A stretch of 64,000 nt of DNA. Origin: a virus. The translations under genes were made by a program, and so were the position numbers. The notes under the pieces were generated by a model, which ran no database searches, had not been told where the DNA came from, and worked only from the letters and a program-made list of their open reading frames with translations. This document shows, one piece after another, positions 62,793-64,000 of this stretch; within the stretch, counting starts at the first letter, position 1, and every line of letters begins with the position of its first letter. The stretch covers positions 1 to 64,000 of the IMG/VR virus record IMGVR_UViG_3300026549_000005. The stretch is one strand, 5' to 3'.

Positions 62793-64000
62793 TTTTTCTT
62801 ACTCCTATCACCAGTGTATTTATCTTCATCATCTTCTTCAAGTTCAATTTCACATTCATTATCAAACCTGCTATCAGTGATGATACGACCAATTCCAAAA
62901 CATTGTGTACATACTGCCTGCCTGAATTCCTGCTCACCCTCACGAACCGCCAATTGTTTCAGCCTTAAAATACCATTTTTCTTTTCAATTTCAGTCTGAT
63001 TAAGTGAGACCATGCTTGTAACATGGGCAAGTTTGCGAATATCCTCGGCTATGTCCGTTGCATCTACATTCTTACCGATGCTCGCTCTTCCTGATTGCGA
63101 TGCAGTGAATACAACACACTTTCTTTTTTGTGCCATACCCCTAAGCCTTTTCCAAATACCGTCAATCTGATTTCTATAATCACCTTTTTCACTAGGCATC
63201 ATAATATCAGCATAATCAACAATAATTACATCAGGAACATAACCATCATTCTGCACAAGATTTTCAATATCCATATCAAGCATTTCAACACTTTCAGAAT
63301 AAGCAGGAACGGCAAGAACCCTTATGTCACCACCCCTGAACATTCTTTTTAATTGTTTCTGCTTTTTCTGAATTTCTGAAATATCAACTGCCTTTCTACT
63401 AATCGTCTTATGCTCAACAGTCCATTTATCACCATCAGATTCAAAATATGGATAATCCAATTCTTTGTCTTCATTCACCTGCCCACTCATACAAGTCCAA
63501 TATCTTTTCAACATTTGCGATTCAGACATTTCAAGTGAACAATGTAAAACTTTCAGACCATTCATCATTGCGGTAACACCCGCATCAATCAATGCCCAAG
63601 TATTATGAGATACCGTTGTATCAGCAAGCAAAAATTTATGGTCACCATCAAGAACAAAACCGTAATAATCATCTTCACCAACTGATTCAATTTTGAATGA
63701 AAAAGTGTTATTCAATGAAGAATACTTCTTTGAATCCTTTAATTTTTTTCTTTCAAGCAAACAAGGAATTTTTGACAATTCACCCGTTATCTTGATAATC
63801 CAAGATTTTTTCCACCCATTTGTTTCAACATACATTCCCTTATAATTTTTACACTTTTCATTAAAAGTTGTTCTAAATCCTAATTGCTGACATAGAGTTT
63901 TGACATCATTTGCCAATCTTTCATTCATCAAGTGAATTTCTATACATTTACCGTCTTTTGACGCATATCCATCTGTATCAACAATTCCAGCAAGCAAATC
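62789..64000 (-). CDS. DnaB-like replicative helicase, C-terminal part (ORF open to the right edge), containing the end of an intein
   Basis: The C-extein TWALIDAGV...VLHCSLEMSESQMLKRYW...IIVDYADIM...VFTASQSGR is a DnaB-type RecA fold. The reading frame continues upstream of the TTG listed in the track. Confidence 0.8.
   Translation of the reverse strand, partial: DLLAGIVDTDGYASKDGKCIEIHLMNERLANDVKTLCQQLGFRTTFNEKCKNYKGMYVETNGWKKSWIIKITGELSKIPCLLERKKLKDSKKYSSLNNTFSFKIESVGEDDYYGFVLDGDHKFLLADTTVSHNTWALIDAGVTAMMNGLKVLHCSLEMSESQMLKRYWTCMSGQVNEDKELDYPYFESDGDKWTVEHKTISRKAVDISEIQKKQKQLKRMFRGGDIRVLAVPAYSESVEMLDMDIENLVQNDGYVPDVIIVDYADIMMPSEKGDYRNQIDGIWKRLRGMAQKRKCVVFTASQSGRASIGKNVDATDIAEDIRKLAHVTSMVSLNQTEIEKKNGILRLKQLAVREGEQEFRQAVCTQCFGIGRIITDSRFDNECEIELEEDDEDKYTGDRSKKK
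63602..64000 (-). mobile_element. LAGLIDADG-type intein, C-terminal portion (N-terminus outside the window)
   Basis: DLLAGIVDTDGYAS (LAGLIDADG block). YYGFVLDGDHKFLLADTTVSHN followed by +1 Thr (blocks F/G). Confidence 0.8.

Noticed and set aside
1-64000. Integrase, repressor or attP (lysogeny module) and CRISPR arrays
   Set aside because: No tyrosine or serine recombinase motifs and no spaced direct-repeat array are seen in this window. The ImmA-like peptidase and HTH genes alone do not establish temperate status.

Overview
AT-rich, almost entirely minus-strand-coded segment of a large contractile-tailed dsDNA phage or prophage of a low-GC host. No integrase, tRNA, rRNA or CRISPR array is visible. 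Reading the minus strand from right to left, the window holds four blocks. (1) 64000-44000 is a replication, recombination and nucleotide module. It contains a DnaB-like helicase carrying a LAGLIDADG intein, a frameshifted C5-methyltransferase-like gene, and an SbcC/Rad50-like ATPase split into two distant halves with SbcD/Mre11 between them. It also contains MazG-like, GIY-YIG homing endonuclease, sigma-like factor, SNF2 helicase, beta-type sliding clamp, family-B DNA polymerase, ThyX-like, clamp loader, gp32-like SSB, RecA-like ATPase, HNH and N6/N4 methyltransferase genes. (2) 44000-33000 holds DUF932, primase and many small zinc-ribbon or HTH genes. (3) 33000-7000 holds terS/terL, portal, MuF-like head protein, scaffold, capsid, a PBSX/Xkd-like sheath-tube-tape-measure-baseplate set, fibres, and a CHAP endolysin with holin-like genes. 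(4) 7000-1 holds a plus-strand island with dUTPase, an odd Gly/Cys/Gln-rich cargo cluster, and a two-gene operon running off the left edge. The most unusual observation is in the MuF-like head gene. It is interrupted by an intein whose interior has no recognisable sense-frame endonuclease. The exact antisense codon register instead encodes a complete HTH plus Vsr/DUF559-like nuclease ORF. Other notable points: six DNA-acting enzymes end in a shared ..PLF motif next to a phage beta-clamp gene; a G9 tract splits a methyltransferase; direct repeats flank several apparently inserted gene cassettes; and there are two families of repeated promoter-like elements. All family assignments come from motif reading only, and display-derived coordinates of small sites may be off by 1-2 nt.
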